Made by a program: the position numbers and the translations under genes. Under the pieces are notes generated by a model, which saw only the letters and a program-made list of their open reading frames with translations, ran no database searches and was not told the origin of the DNA. Source: Chiloscyllium plagiosum (lineage: Eukaryota). From it: a stretch of 64,000 nucleotides of DNA. The stretch covers positions 917,998-981,997 of the forward strand of contig NC_057758.1 in the NCBI RefSeq assembly GCF_004010195.1, given 5' to 3'. Shown piece after piece: positions 12,841 to 24,439 of the stretch. Every line of letters begins with the position of its first letter. Positions within the stretch are counted from its first letter, which is position 1.

Positions 12841-13549
12841 CAATCTTTAAAAGTGGAGTCGGTGGTGCAAGTGGAATATTTTTCTACAATAATCTTTCCC
12901 CAGGGCGGGCAGTTAGAAACCAGTATAGAAAAGGAAATGCTTTCTTACAGGTTCATGTTTAGACATCACAAAACACCTCGTATCTCATCACGTGTTAGTG
13001 ACAGAGACACAGTGAGGACACGCTTTTATTCTTTTGTTGTCCACACCATGATCCGTCTGCTCTCCCATAATTCAGTGCAACAGAGAAAGAGCAGTCAACT
13101 CGCTTCCTGCAGCAGTGAGTTGCAACACACTGTCAATCGGTACTGATAACTTTGAACAGGTTCGACATGATAGTGAAAGTTGGCTTCAGAGACCCTTGTG
13201 TATTTCGTTACATTGATGATGGTTCAGTGAAGATCTCCAAATGAGGCCGCCAATTTCCATTCAATTCAAGAATATGTTTTTCGTTACTGTTAAGGAAAAC
13301 GGCAGGATATAAATAAGGATAAAGATTTACACGGAATTCAATCTCAGAAAGACTTGCACAAATTTTGAAAAACAGAGTTTAATGCATTCTGCAGTGATCT
13401 CCTTCAAAGATCCAAAATCCCTGTGAAGTTATATTTCCTTCTTCGTCTTCAATTTTATCCTCAACAGTCTTCTTCCCTTATATTTCATAAGTGGTATATA
13501 AGTTTTTTAAAAATGCAGACTGGACTGCGTTCCTATTCTGACTCCCTGA

Positions 13550-13900
13550 ACACATGGAATCCCTATAGTGCAGATACACGAAATTCGGTCAATTAAGCAT
13601 GCACTGACACTGGGAGCATCATCCATCCCATGCCCATTTCCCTTTCCTATTCTCATAAACTCACATTAACCATTGCTAATCCACCTACAAGCTAACCCCT
13701 GGACAGTAAGGGCAATTTACCATGACCAATTCATCAAAACTGCATACCTTTTGGACTGTGGGACGAAAGCTGATCACACAGCAGGAACTCACACAGAAAA
13801 TGGAAGAACGTGCGAAAACCATGCAATCACCCAAGGTTGCAATTGAAGCTGGGTCCGTAACATTGTAAAGTAGTGGTGCTATCCATTGAAGCATAATGCT
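13550..13900 (-). mobile_element. Old tRNA-derived SINE
   Basis: Degenerate match to the HE1-like consensus (TTTGGACTGTGGGACGAAAG..., GGGCAATTTACCATGACCAATTCA). Confidence 0.65.
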
Positions 13901-14187
13901 TTCGTTGCCATTCAGCATTTCAGTGATTGAAATTTACAGTGTATGAGGCTACTAAAGCTAACACATCTGTCGTCTTTCTACAATGAACTGCCCAGCTTAT
14001 CATACTGTCCAGCCACATATCTGTCGATCTCGCAATTCATCCTTTTCAAATAATTACACAGCTGTCTTTGAGATATCCTATGAAATGCTTCTCAATCATT
14101 ACCAGGTAGCACATTCAAATTCCTAAATACTCTCTGCACAATGTCTTTCTTCGAAACTAAAATTTATCCTTCCTGGCCCCATTCAGG

Positions 14188-14625
14188 GCCGGCATGGTTA
14201 GCACTGCTGTCTCATAGCAGCAGGGAACTGGGTTCGATTCACACCTCGGGTGACTGTGTGGAGTTTGAAGATTCTCCCCTTGTCAGCGTGGGTTTCCTCA
14301 GAGTACTTCAGTTCCCTCCCATTATCCAAAGATGTGCAGTTTAGATGAATTCGCCTTCCTAAGTTGCCCATAGTTTTAGGAACATTAGTAAAGAACAATT
14401 GTTTTTTTTTTACACCTAAGTAAAACGGCAGGATATAAATGAGGATGGAGATATACGCAGAATTGAATCTCAGAAAGACTTTCACAAATTTTGAAAAAAC
14501 AGAGGTTAATGCATTCTGCAATGACTTCCTTCACAGTCAGGGAATGGATCTGGGTAGGTTACTCTTTGGAGAATCGGTGTGGACTTGTTGGGCCGAAGAG
14601 CCTGTTTCTCTACTTCAGGGAATCT
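14188..14625 (+). mobile_element. HE1-like SINE interrupted by a ~140 bp insert
   Basis: 5' part GGTTAGCACTGCTGTCTCA...GGTTCGATTC; 3' part GGTGTGGACTTGTTGGGCCGAAG at 14576-14600. Confidence 0.75.
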
Positions 14626-15989
14626 AGTTATTCTACTAAATCTCCTTCAAACTCACTCGAGGGCTTCGACATTCAAACGCAATAATGTGCGAAGAACTGT
14701 ATATAATACTTCAAATATAGTCCGCCAAAGATTTGTGGAGATGTAGAATTGTCGGTTTATACTCTATGCCCCTCTTTACAAAATAGTATAAGCCTTCTTA
14801 ACGAGATTTCAACTTGCCTGTCCAGCTTCAGAGAATCATGCACTTGAACCATAAATTTCCTCTACTCCTATACATTCCTCAAAATTCAGAACACGTGATA
14901 CATTGCCAGTTCTCATCCCGTTAATCATTTTCCACTTCAAATCACCTGACCCTTTTCAGTTCCGACCAACAGAACCATTTTGCAGTTGTCATCCCCTGAG
15001 CCCCTTACCACTTCTGGCCCTAAACCACTCTCCCGCAATGCTGCCACCTTTTCAACCAGTTTTCTATTCTAACACATTTCCATCCCTGATCCCTGAAGCC
15101 TATTTCTGTTGTGAACCGATGAGCACCTTTCCCTCTTTAGAATCATAGAGTCACAGAATTTTCCATGATAGAAGAACATTATCTTGAATGTACCGGGTCT
15201 AAAAGGGCTGCCCAGTTGGTCACATACATCTTGAATGTAGCGGGTCCAAAAGGGCTGCCCAGTTGGTCACATTCTCCAACCCTCTACTCAAAACCCTGTG
15301 AATCCAACACTTTTAATTATATATCCAATTCTCTTTTGAGACATCCTTTGCATTCCGCACCATAATTGTCCCAGAAGATGCATTTCAAATCTGAGTGAAG
15401 AAGATTCCCCTCAGTTCAATCCTAGCACTCTTACTAACAATCTTGAAAGCTTGCATTGGCATCCCAAAGAGCTTCATAATTGAAGCCTTTGTGCTATCAT
15501 GAAGGCACTTTAGGAGAATGGCCAGATGAATAATTAGCGATTTGGAAACTGAATGATTTATTTGGGTGGTAGGAATGATTTGCCTTGCGACATTCCCTCT
15601 CTCTCACGTGTCTTTGATGAATATGTTCGCGAGTTGCGGTGTTGTGATTTGATGTGATCCCGAATCTACTCTTGTTGATAGACACTGAACGCTGAGCTCA
15701 AAATGACCTGACACAGAGGAATTTAAACATTTGAGGCAATAAGAAAGAAAAAGACAAAATGCACGAGTGGAGGAAATGAAAATATTAAATAAATATTTCA
15801 CTAGAAATCCTGAAGGCTTGTTATGAGATTGTCATCGGTTTTCTGTTTTTTTTAATGGTAGCAACGAATTTCATTTTCTCTGCTTCAGACTCTCTGTCTC
15901 TCTCCACGTCATTTATATTTGAAAAGACTGGTGAATCATGTATTCCATCTCTGCTGGCCTTGATTATCGAATTCTCAAATTCATTCACA

Positions 15990-16720
15990 CAAGTTGAAAC
16001 TTGAGTGTAGTTGGAACCTTGTACTGTTCCGTTAAGAGGATGTGAATGCTTTTCTGCACTGGGAGCTGATAAGACCAGTCTCAGAGTGTCATGTAAAATG
16101 GAACCGAGCTCACATTTGGCTGTGAAATAGGTATCTGAGTTGGTTGCTGTTCTGTCAATAATTCGAATTTAACCAGTCAGTTCAAATTATGCCACAGGGT
16201 TGTAAAACTGAAACGTGTCTGAATTTATTGTTGAGCCAACATCGAACCAATGAGACGATCCAATGTTGGGGACACTGAAAAGGCATGCATTTTGAAAATC
16301 AGACAAAGGAATTTCAATCGAGGAAGGGAGAGCCATGGCTTGAAATCCTCCTCATCAAAGGTATCTTTTCACGTAAAACATCTTCACAGTAAAAGGGAAG
16401 AAGTAGATTCAGAGAGATCTTCAACTGGAATGAGAATGATAACGAAGACGACAGCTGCTGTGTGGTCTTGAAATTAATTTGATGTAATTTTAGTAAGTGT
16501 CTTATTGGATCAATATATTGTTACCGAGTTGGAGCAGTTAAGATGTAGAGGGGTTAGTTGCTGTTCTTTTTCTTATATTCACTTATGGATTTAAAAAAGT
16601 CGTTGTTATTTTTCGTGAGATCTCTGTCACTCAGATTTCTTTCAACAAATTACGAGGTGAGGTGAGCTTTTTTGGGTATTTGGTACAATTGACAGTAAGA
16701 TTAACCGCCGTGTCATAACA
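15990..16720 (+). mobile_element. Gypsy LTR (5' boundary uncertain, may start at TGTTATGA 15819)
   Basis: Ends TGTCATAACA; internal similarity to the LTR at 38929-40153. Confidence 0.65.
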
Positions 16721-17039
16721 GAAACGAATCACCGCTGTGGATATGAAACTATTGACGAGGGAATACCTTTTGAACGCATAACGAGGCACTATGCGGGCTG
16801 ACTCTGGTCCAGAGTTGGGAGACACTCAGCAGACAACGTGGAATTCTGATAGAGACACGGCCGATTGTGTCTGCTGAATTATTTGATTCCCAACATCAAT
16901 GATCAGTATATGCCTCCCATCAAGCCATTGGCAGTAGCATGAAAAGGCCATTCATCCACTTGCATTCTCATCGCCGTAAAACTGCATTTTTGTTGATTCA
17001 AAAGTAACATTCCTTTTGTCGGCAATAAATGATTTATTC

Positions 17040-17670
17040 TTTAGCACCACAACATAAATCTTAGTGGTTCCTCGTTTGATCAGAATGAATTTCGGATTTT
17101 CTTTATTGACATTTTTCCTCTTGCTTCCACTCCTTGCCTGTCCTCCAGGCCTTCGCTCGCATCACCCACCCATCTGGAGCACCCATTCCTTTGGTCGCAT
17201 GTTGTTCAATTCCTCCATTCGCTTTTGTCAATGGTGTGGAGAAGTCCCCAATTCCGTTTGTTTTTACATTCCGTCAGGCCATTTGTCCATGCCCAATAAC
17301 ATGGCCAAGGAAGGTGACTTGGTCATTGGCATATACAGTCTTAGCGAGGTTTATCATCAAACCTGCCTCCGGAAGTCAATTGAACAATCGAGTACATGTT
17401 GCAAATGTTCCTTCCATGTGTGACTAAAAATCACCGCGTCATAGATATAAACGAGACAAATTGGAAATCCGGAAAAAACTTATTGATTAGTCGTTGAGAT
17501 GTGGCTGGGGTATTTTTCATACTATTTGGAATAATTTTAAAACGATACAGCTCATTCGGAATAATAAAAGTTGAAATTGTCTTCACTCGTTCAGACAGAG
17601 ATTCCTGCCAGTATCCTCTGAGAAAATTCATCTTAGAAATATGATTTGTGTGCCCCACGTTGTAATTGAA
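17040..17670 (-). mobile_element. Gypsy RT fragment
   Basis: ISKMNFLRGYWQ..LSER...MKNTPATSQRL followed by VIFSHTWKEHL...INLAK...VTFLGHVIGHG. Confidence 0.85.
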
Positions 17671-17749
17671 AATGAACAAAATTAGCATTTACTCTGAAAT
17701 CTGTAAATTAATACCTTCTAAAGTCAATTTAATGCAGAAAGCCTGACTT

Positions 17750-20260
17750 CACTGAATTCTGTGAACAGACCGCCTTTCCTTGCAAGCTGTGCAAACAATC
17801 TAATTCGGAAGAGTCAGGGAAAAACACAAGAGCAGTAGCAGTTTTTTGAACAGTAAAGGAATGGGAAAACAACTCCTTATGTGAAAAAGGGCTCGAACTG
17901 GTCACAAGCTGATTGTCATTGAGGTGAGATAAGGCTGAGCGAAGTATAGGATAAACAAACCATATGAATGATATTCGGGACCCTTGAACAAGGCATTTTT
18001 GTCAAGTGCATGTGGCCCGTCTGCAATATAGAGGCTAAAATTAATAAAGCTCAATTTTGGTTGCTCTTGCTAATAGTTGAGTCGAGTCAATTTAATTTCC
18101 ACGACAGTAAACTTGGGGGCTCATCTGGCACTCCGCGATTGGGTGAGATTCTGAGGATTCCCAGGAAGTGCAGGTGCCAGCACCTTGAAGGTCTTTCACT
18201 TCATCTCGAGTGCTGAGTTCGCCCTTTTGTATGAGAGGGATGTGAATCTGTGGATCGCCCCGGCGTCATTGTCCAAACTGAATAAGGTCGGGGTAAGAAT
18301 AGTGGCATAATTAATCCGATGTAGAGACTCATTCGATGAGAATGAAGGATCAGGAGAAGGGTTTGCGTGGTATTTGAGCAAAACCCAAGTGAAGGGGATT
18401 GCCGTCTCTTGAGTGTTTAAGAGACAGCAAGTTTAAGGGTGGTTTTAGACTTGGAACCACCACTGGCTCAGTTGGATTCGCCAAAGACATACTCGGTACA
18501 TGGTTTCTTGGGTTACACGCCCAATCCGAGAGGGGACCTCCGGAGTTAAAAATCAAGTAAAAGGGATAAAGATAATGTACCACAGAAAGAGACAGGAAAT
18601 GGAACACTTTTCCAGCAAGAACAGACAAGAGGGTGCACAGAGGAATTGGAATGGCCAACGAAAATACAGTACACGTTAAATAATTACGATCCAGCACTGT
18701 AAAGCAGTTAGAATTGTGGATGAAGGAATGTGGTTTTCCGGAGAGAGGAAGTTTTAGTAAAAGGCAGTTGGACATTTTGATATCGAGTTTGGAGGAGAGA
18801 GAGAAGGAGAAATGCAAGGGAAAAATAGAACCTGTGAATTGGAGTGCTTATAACATGTGGAAGGCTTAGGCTGATATCAGGGAAAGGAAATCTCAAGTAA
18901 AGGGTAGATCAAACAAACACCAGCGCACATGCAGACGTGCGCGGAAAACAACCAAACAAAGTTGTACAGTATCTTAATTCTGTTTCAGATCCTGATCTTG
19001 ATGACTGCCCTCCGAGACCTACAGCCCCCCTCCGAGATCCAGCTGGCGAAGGTACTACGTTAGCGGCCGCCGCTTCAGGGTCCACTGAATCACTGGTAGC
19101 ATCTCGTACCGGCAACATATTGGACCAAGAAGCCCAGGAGAAGTATAACTGGCCAACCGCAAATGTCCATGCCACAGTAGCCAACCCGCAAATGGAGCAG
19201 AACAGAGAATTTAATGCTTTTATTGCTGCGCTGGCGACCGCCTGGGAGGCATTCCCAGTGCGAATGGACATGACCAAAATTGCAATTTGTAAACAACGGG
19301 AACTTGAGACAGTGTCCCAGTACCTTACGCTTCTCACCCGACGACATAACGGCGGCAAAAATCACGCCATTTGAAGCACATCTGAGGATCAGTGGAATGA
19401 AGGCCGAAATAGGGAAGAAGATGTATTACCTGGGCCATGGAAAAGCAGAATTTCATAGAACAACATGTGATACATGTAGAAAAAATGCTAACCCAAGAGA
19501 AGGATAAGAGGAAATGAAAGATGGAACAGCAAGCACATAAGCCTGATGCAGATGGTGGCCCAGCCGTAGGAGGCAGGTGTTGCGAAAAAGAGAGAGGAAG
19601 ATGCGCTAGCATATGTAGATCTGGTGGGTACTTTGTTTGGGGAGCAATGGACCGTTGGGTGAGACAGTGCCAACACAGACAGCGTCAATTTGCCCAGAAG
19701 GCTGGAGAGCAGTGTGACTGACAGGGGAAGTCTGAGGTGGAGTTGTGCAGCTCATGAGGTACAGGTACGCCTCTTTCCTTTATGCTTGGCAACGAAGACT
19801 TGCTTATGCTAATCTCTTCTACTCACGTTACGGGCACTGAAACATGTCCCACCCCCATATTGAGCGCTGAGACTGCAGAGTGTGTACCATATATTCAGGA
19901 CAATAATGATGCATATAAGTCAATGCCTACCTTTATCTTATATGTGGAAGATACCTCAGTTACCTTTTTTGGTAAATACAGGATCATCCCTGAAAGGCTT
20001 AGTAGTGACAATGGGACACCATTTGCCAGTAATGCCCGACAGCAGATCTGTGATTATTTGGAAATAAACATGATACAGCACTGTGCCTACCACCCAGCGA
20101 GTGGTGGGGCAGTGGAAAGAGAAAATGCTACCTTAAAATATAAATTGACAAAATGTGAGGAACTCGGGGTGGCATGGACAAAAGCACTTCCAATTGTACT
20201 AATATATATGAGATCTAGGAAGAGCTAAACTCAGCTTGTTTGAGATTTTATTTGGCAGCG
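17750..20260 (+). mobile_element. Internally deleted class I (gamma/epsilon-like) endogenous retrovirus: LTR, PBS-Pro, gag and integrase remnants
   Basis: AATAAA at 18043; LTR end ...ACGACA near 18106; PBS TGGGGGCTCATCTGG at about 18114. Gag-like WMKECGFPERGSFS...WSAYNMWK, PTAP motif and degenerate Zn knuckle. Integrase core SSDNGTPF...HCAYHPASGGAVERENATLK...WTKALPIVL (ORF 19782-20228). Confidence 0.8.
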
Positions 20261-20269
20261 ATGAATTAT

Positions 20270-20630
20270 GTTTCCGCTTGAAATAGCCCACCGTTGGAAT
20301 ATTGTGTGCAGTTCTGATCGCCACAGTGCCAGCAGGATGAGGAGATTTTGGAAAGCGCTCAAGAATTGTTTAATAGGTTGCTAACTGAGGAGAGATTTGA
20401 CAAACTTGATTTGTTTTCACTTGCATGTGCCTGGATAAGCGGTGACATGATGGGCGTTACAAGATAATGAGAGGCATAGATTGATTAGACAACAGTCTTT
20501 TTCTCGGGTGGGAAATGTCAGTGACTAGTGAACAAAAGTTAAAAGTAATAGTAGCAACGATATGAGGGGCAGTATTCATGGGACGTAGATTAACTTGGTA
20601 AGGGCAGAATTTGTAACCTGCCCTCAGTTG
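20270..20630 (+). mobile_element. CR1 3' fragment
   Basis: Degenerate LEYCVQFW region and downstream ORF2 C-terminus. Confidence 0.65.
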
Positions 20631-20635
20631 CATTT

Positions 20636-20814
20636 TGAAAAATGTTTTGCTGGAAAAGCGCAGCAGGTCAGGCAACATCCAAGGAGCAGGAGAATCCACG
20701 TTTCGAGCATTGGTCCTTCTTCAGGAATCAGGATTCCTGATCGTCGAAACGTCGATTCTCCTGCTCCTTGGATGCTGCCTGACCTGCTGCGCTTTTCCAG
20801 CAACACATTTTTCA
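20636..20814. mobile_element. Fold-back (palindromic) Penelope-terminus mini-element with degenerate hammerhead motifs
   Basis: ~70-bp inverted arms plus inner hairpin TCAGGAATC-AG-GATTCCTGA; same sequence family as 23830-23915 and 34296-34503. Confidence 0.85.
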
Positions 20815-22439
20815 GTTTTGAGTCTCAAGTCAACTGAGTGAGCCTGAAGATCGCGTTTAGCTAAAGCTCATTGCTTACAACTTCGCTCAAGAATATTAGA
20901 CAAGATAGCGACTTTAGACAAGTCAGACAGTCAGTTAGAGGCAAATATTTAACAATTAAACATTGCTGAGCATTAAAAGCATTTAACTATCTGTAAAAAA
21001 TATACTTGGAACGGATAAAGAGACGGAGAGAGTGTGAGAGAGAGAGATAGACATGAAGGTCAAGACGGAATTTTAAAGAGGTGAGTAAGATGGAGGAAAG
21101 AGGAGAGGAGAACAATGAAGCAAAGGAATTGAGCTTTAAATAGTGCAATTGAAAATTTTGGGGGAACAGGGCAGAAAGACACAATGTCCCAGTCTTGTAA
21201 ATCTCTAGCCCTGGATGTATCCTGTTCTATCGCAATGGGTCGTTAGATACACCCATTTTATACAGTCGAGAAGAGATTGGCCCTGGGAATTCTAAACATT
21301 GAAGACTTGCTTTGGGCTGCCTCATGAAATATGCGATGACACACGAAAGCAGAATTCCTGTTGACTCTCATTGAACACTGCCCTTCAGTTGTCTAACCAG
21401 TCCTTTTATAACAGAAACAACACTCGGAGAAATCTCTGAAGGGAACAAATTTCATCAAATAGATTGTCGTCAGTTTTCTCAGACAGTCACAGAGATAGTC
21501 TAAGACAGAGAGTGACCGTATCACAATTAAAATAGTTGGTCACGTCCAGTGAGATAGAATTCTCATCTCGCTGGTGTTGAATATACCAAAAGGACAAGAT
21601 CCACTTGACCACAATACCAAAAAACTTCCAGTCATGGATGTATCGGTAACGATGGTGCTTATAAAAACAGGAAGTATTTGTGAACATGGTGTCTTGTTGT
21701 CAGACTGAGCACAAACTCCCTAAGATTGTGTTAAAGTCCAACAGCAGAATTTGGCACCCAAAGTTTCAACCACTACAAATTCTTCGTCCTACACTCTGCA
21801 CTCCACAAATTAATCCTATGCACATAATGTTCCATTTCACAAATCTTATGCCCTCCTCAGACATTGCACAATCTAATTTTACTGAACTCGAGAAGCATTT
21901 TGTGCCCACTCAAAAATATGGCACCCCCTTCAAATTTTCCCTTCCCCACAGTAATCCAGGCGAATAGATTGATCCCTGATCAATACTTGATTAAATTTCT
22001 CATGGGATGAAGACGTCGCTGGTCTGGCCAGCATTTATTGCTCTAATTGCCCAGTGGGGGTTAAGCGTCGAAAGATTCAGCTCTGGGTCACAGACAGGCC
22101 AGAACAGACAAGGATGATTGATTTTGACATTACTGAAACAATATGTGTTTTTCCAACAATCAGCAATGAATCTGCATTCATGGTTAGACACTGAATTTCA
22201 GATTTTCTATTGTTATGAAGTCAAATTTCATCAACTACGGAAATGGGATTTAAACCCGTGTTCCCAGAACATGATCTGGGTTTCTGGGTGCTGAGCCACC
22301 ATTACACCTTCATTTTTAGTAATATTTCCCAATCTATCATGGCCATCTTTTGGATCATACCATCGTGGCTTACTGTATTCAGTTCAGTAACTATGTCTCA
22401 GCATTAACTGGATCACTGTTCTCCTCGATGAAGATTTCT

Positions 22440-23680
22440 ATAATGCATTTATCAGGGACAAGTCATCCCTCACAAGCCTCATTGAATTCTTGAGGATGTG
22501 AGAAAACACGTTGATGAAGTTACAGCAGTGGATTTGGTGTATGTGGAGTCTATCTTGCGTGTGAAAACGGTCCGCATGATAGGTTAATTCAGAAAATAAA
22601 GAGGAATGGGATACAAGGAAACCTGTCTGGTTGGATACAGAAATAACTGGGCGATAAAGATAGATCTTGGTGGTATAAGGGAAGTATTTACCCTGGAGAG
22701 GTGTTCCAAAGCGAACGATTCTGAAACCTTTGCTCTTTGTGATATTTATAAATAACTTGTACAAGGAAGTTAAAGGATGGGTTAGTAAATTTGCCGATGA
22801 CACAAAGGTTGTTGTACTTGTTGGTAGTGTGGGGAGGTGTTGTAGTTTGCGATGAGACATTGGCAGGATGTAGAACTGGGCTGAGAAATGTCAGATGGAA
22901 TGCAACCTGGTATATTATGCAGCCATTCACTTTGATATAGTAAATTCGAATGCATAATACGGGGTTAATGGCAGAATTCATGGCAGTGTGAAGAAGCGAG
23001 GGATCTTGAGATCCATGCCCATGGATCCCTCGAAGTTGACAGCCAGGTTGATTAGGTTGTTCCGAAGGTTTCTGGTGTGTTAACTTTCATTAGCAGGGAG
23101 TTTGAGGTTCAGAGCCGCGAGGATATGTTGCAGCTCGATAGAGCCCTGGTTCGACCACACTTTGAATAATGTGTTCAGTTCTGGTCGCGACATTACGGGA
23201 AAGATGTAGAAGCTTTATAGAGGGGGTAGCGGAGACTCCTCAGGGTGCTGCCTGCACTGGAGCGCATGTCTGATTAAGAAAGGTTGAAGGAGCGAGGGAT
23301 TTTCTCATAAGAGCGAAAAAGGATGAGAGGTGACTTGATTCTGGTATACAATATAATGAGAATTATGGACAGTGTGGATAGACAGAAACATTTTCTCATG
23401 ACAGCGATATCCAAATCGAGGGGCACAGTATTAAAATAATTGGAGGGAGGTGTAGGGGAGGTGCCAGATCTTTGTTCTTTAATCAAAGAATATTGTGTGC
23501 ATGGAAGACACTGCTAGCAGTCCTTGTAGAGTCAGGTATATTAGGGATATTTCAGTGACTCTTGGATAAGCACATGGAAGTTCGTAGAATGAAGAGTATA
23601 CAGGTTAGTTTGATTTTAGAATTGGGTAATAATTCGGCTCAGCATCGAAGGCCGAAGGCTGTACTGTACTGTTCTATTTT
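22440..23680 (+). mobile_element. CR1 LINE, RT to 3' end, degraded
   Basis: SKFADDTKV (AGTAAATTTGCCGATGACACAAAG), CVQFWS, 3' tail GAAGGCCGAAGGCTGTACTG. Confidence 0.85.
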
Positions 23681-23814
23681 CACATTGTGGTCGCTAATTT
23701 TGACAGGCCCTCGAACACATGGATGGCAAATTCGTCCATTCTGATTCCCCAGTACCTAGTCTGGGATACCTCTTTTTCTCAAAGTTGCCTCAATATAACA
23801 GTCAACATATAACC

Positions 23815-24340
23815 TTAGTCTGGATTAGAGTGGTGCTGGAAAAACACAGCAGTGCAGGCAGCATCCGAGGAGCAGGAAAATCGACGTTTCGGACAAAAGC
23901 CCTTCATCAGGAATAGAGGCAGAGTGCCTGCAGGGTGGAGAGATAAATGAGAGGAGGGTGGGGGGTGGGGAGAAAGTAGCATAGTGTACAATAGGTGAAT
24001 GGGGGTAGGGTGGAAGGCGATAGGTTAGAGCAGAGGGTAGAGTGGATAGGTGGAAAGGAAGATAGGCAGGTGGGACAAGTCATGGGAACAGTGCTGAGCT
24101 GGAAGCTTGGAACTGTGGTGAGGCGGGGGAAAGGGAAATTAGGAAACTGGGGAAGTCCACTTTGATGCCCTGGAATTGAAGTATTCCGAGGCGGAAGATG
24201 AGGCGTTCTTCCTCCAGGCGGTGAAGGAGGCCCAGGACCTCCATGTCCTCGGCTGAATGGGAGGGGGAGTTGAAATGTTAGGCCACAGGATGGTGTGGTT
24301 GATTGGTGCTGGTGTCCCAGAGATGTTCCCTCAAGCGCTC
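23815..24340 (-). mobile_element. Penelope-like element 3' part (GIY-YIG endonuclease C-terminus and terminus)
   Basis: Minus strand HFNSPSHSAEDMEVLGLLH..RLEEERLIFRLG, pyrimidine-rich UTR, then the hammerhead motif. Confidence 0.8.
23878..23914 (-). ncRNA. Minimal hammerhead ribozyme motif
   Basis: AUUC CUGAUGA A GGGC UUUU GUCC GAAA CGUC GAUUU: conserved core, 4-bp stem II, palindromic ACGU stem III, GUC cleavage triplet. Confidence 0.7.
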
Positions 24341-24439
24341 TAGTTGAAGGCGCCCTAACGCGCTATGATAGTCAGATGGAGCGATGAAACTTATTGATAT
24401 CATTGTGTTGTTGTTATATTCACCACACGTAGAACCGCC

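Noticed and set aside
20636..20814. Palindromes interpreted as DNA-transposon MITEs or miRNA precursors
   Set aside because: The arms match the terminus of a GIY-YIG Penelope element (23830-23915), and related copies have variable long TSDs typical of retrotransposition; no evidence for miRNA processing.
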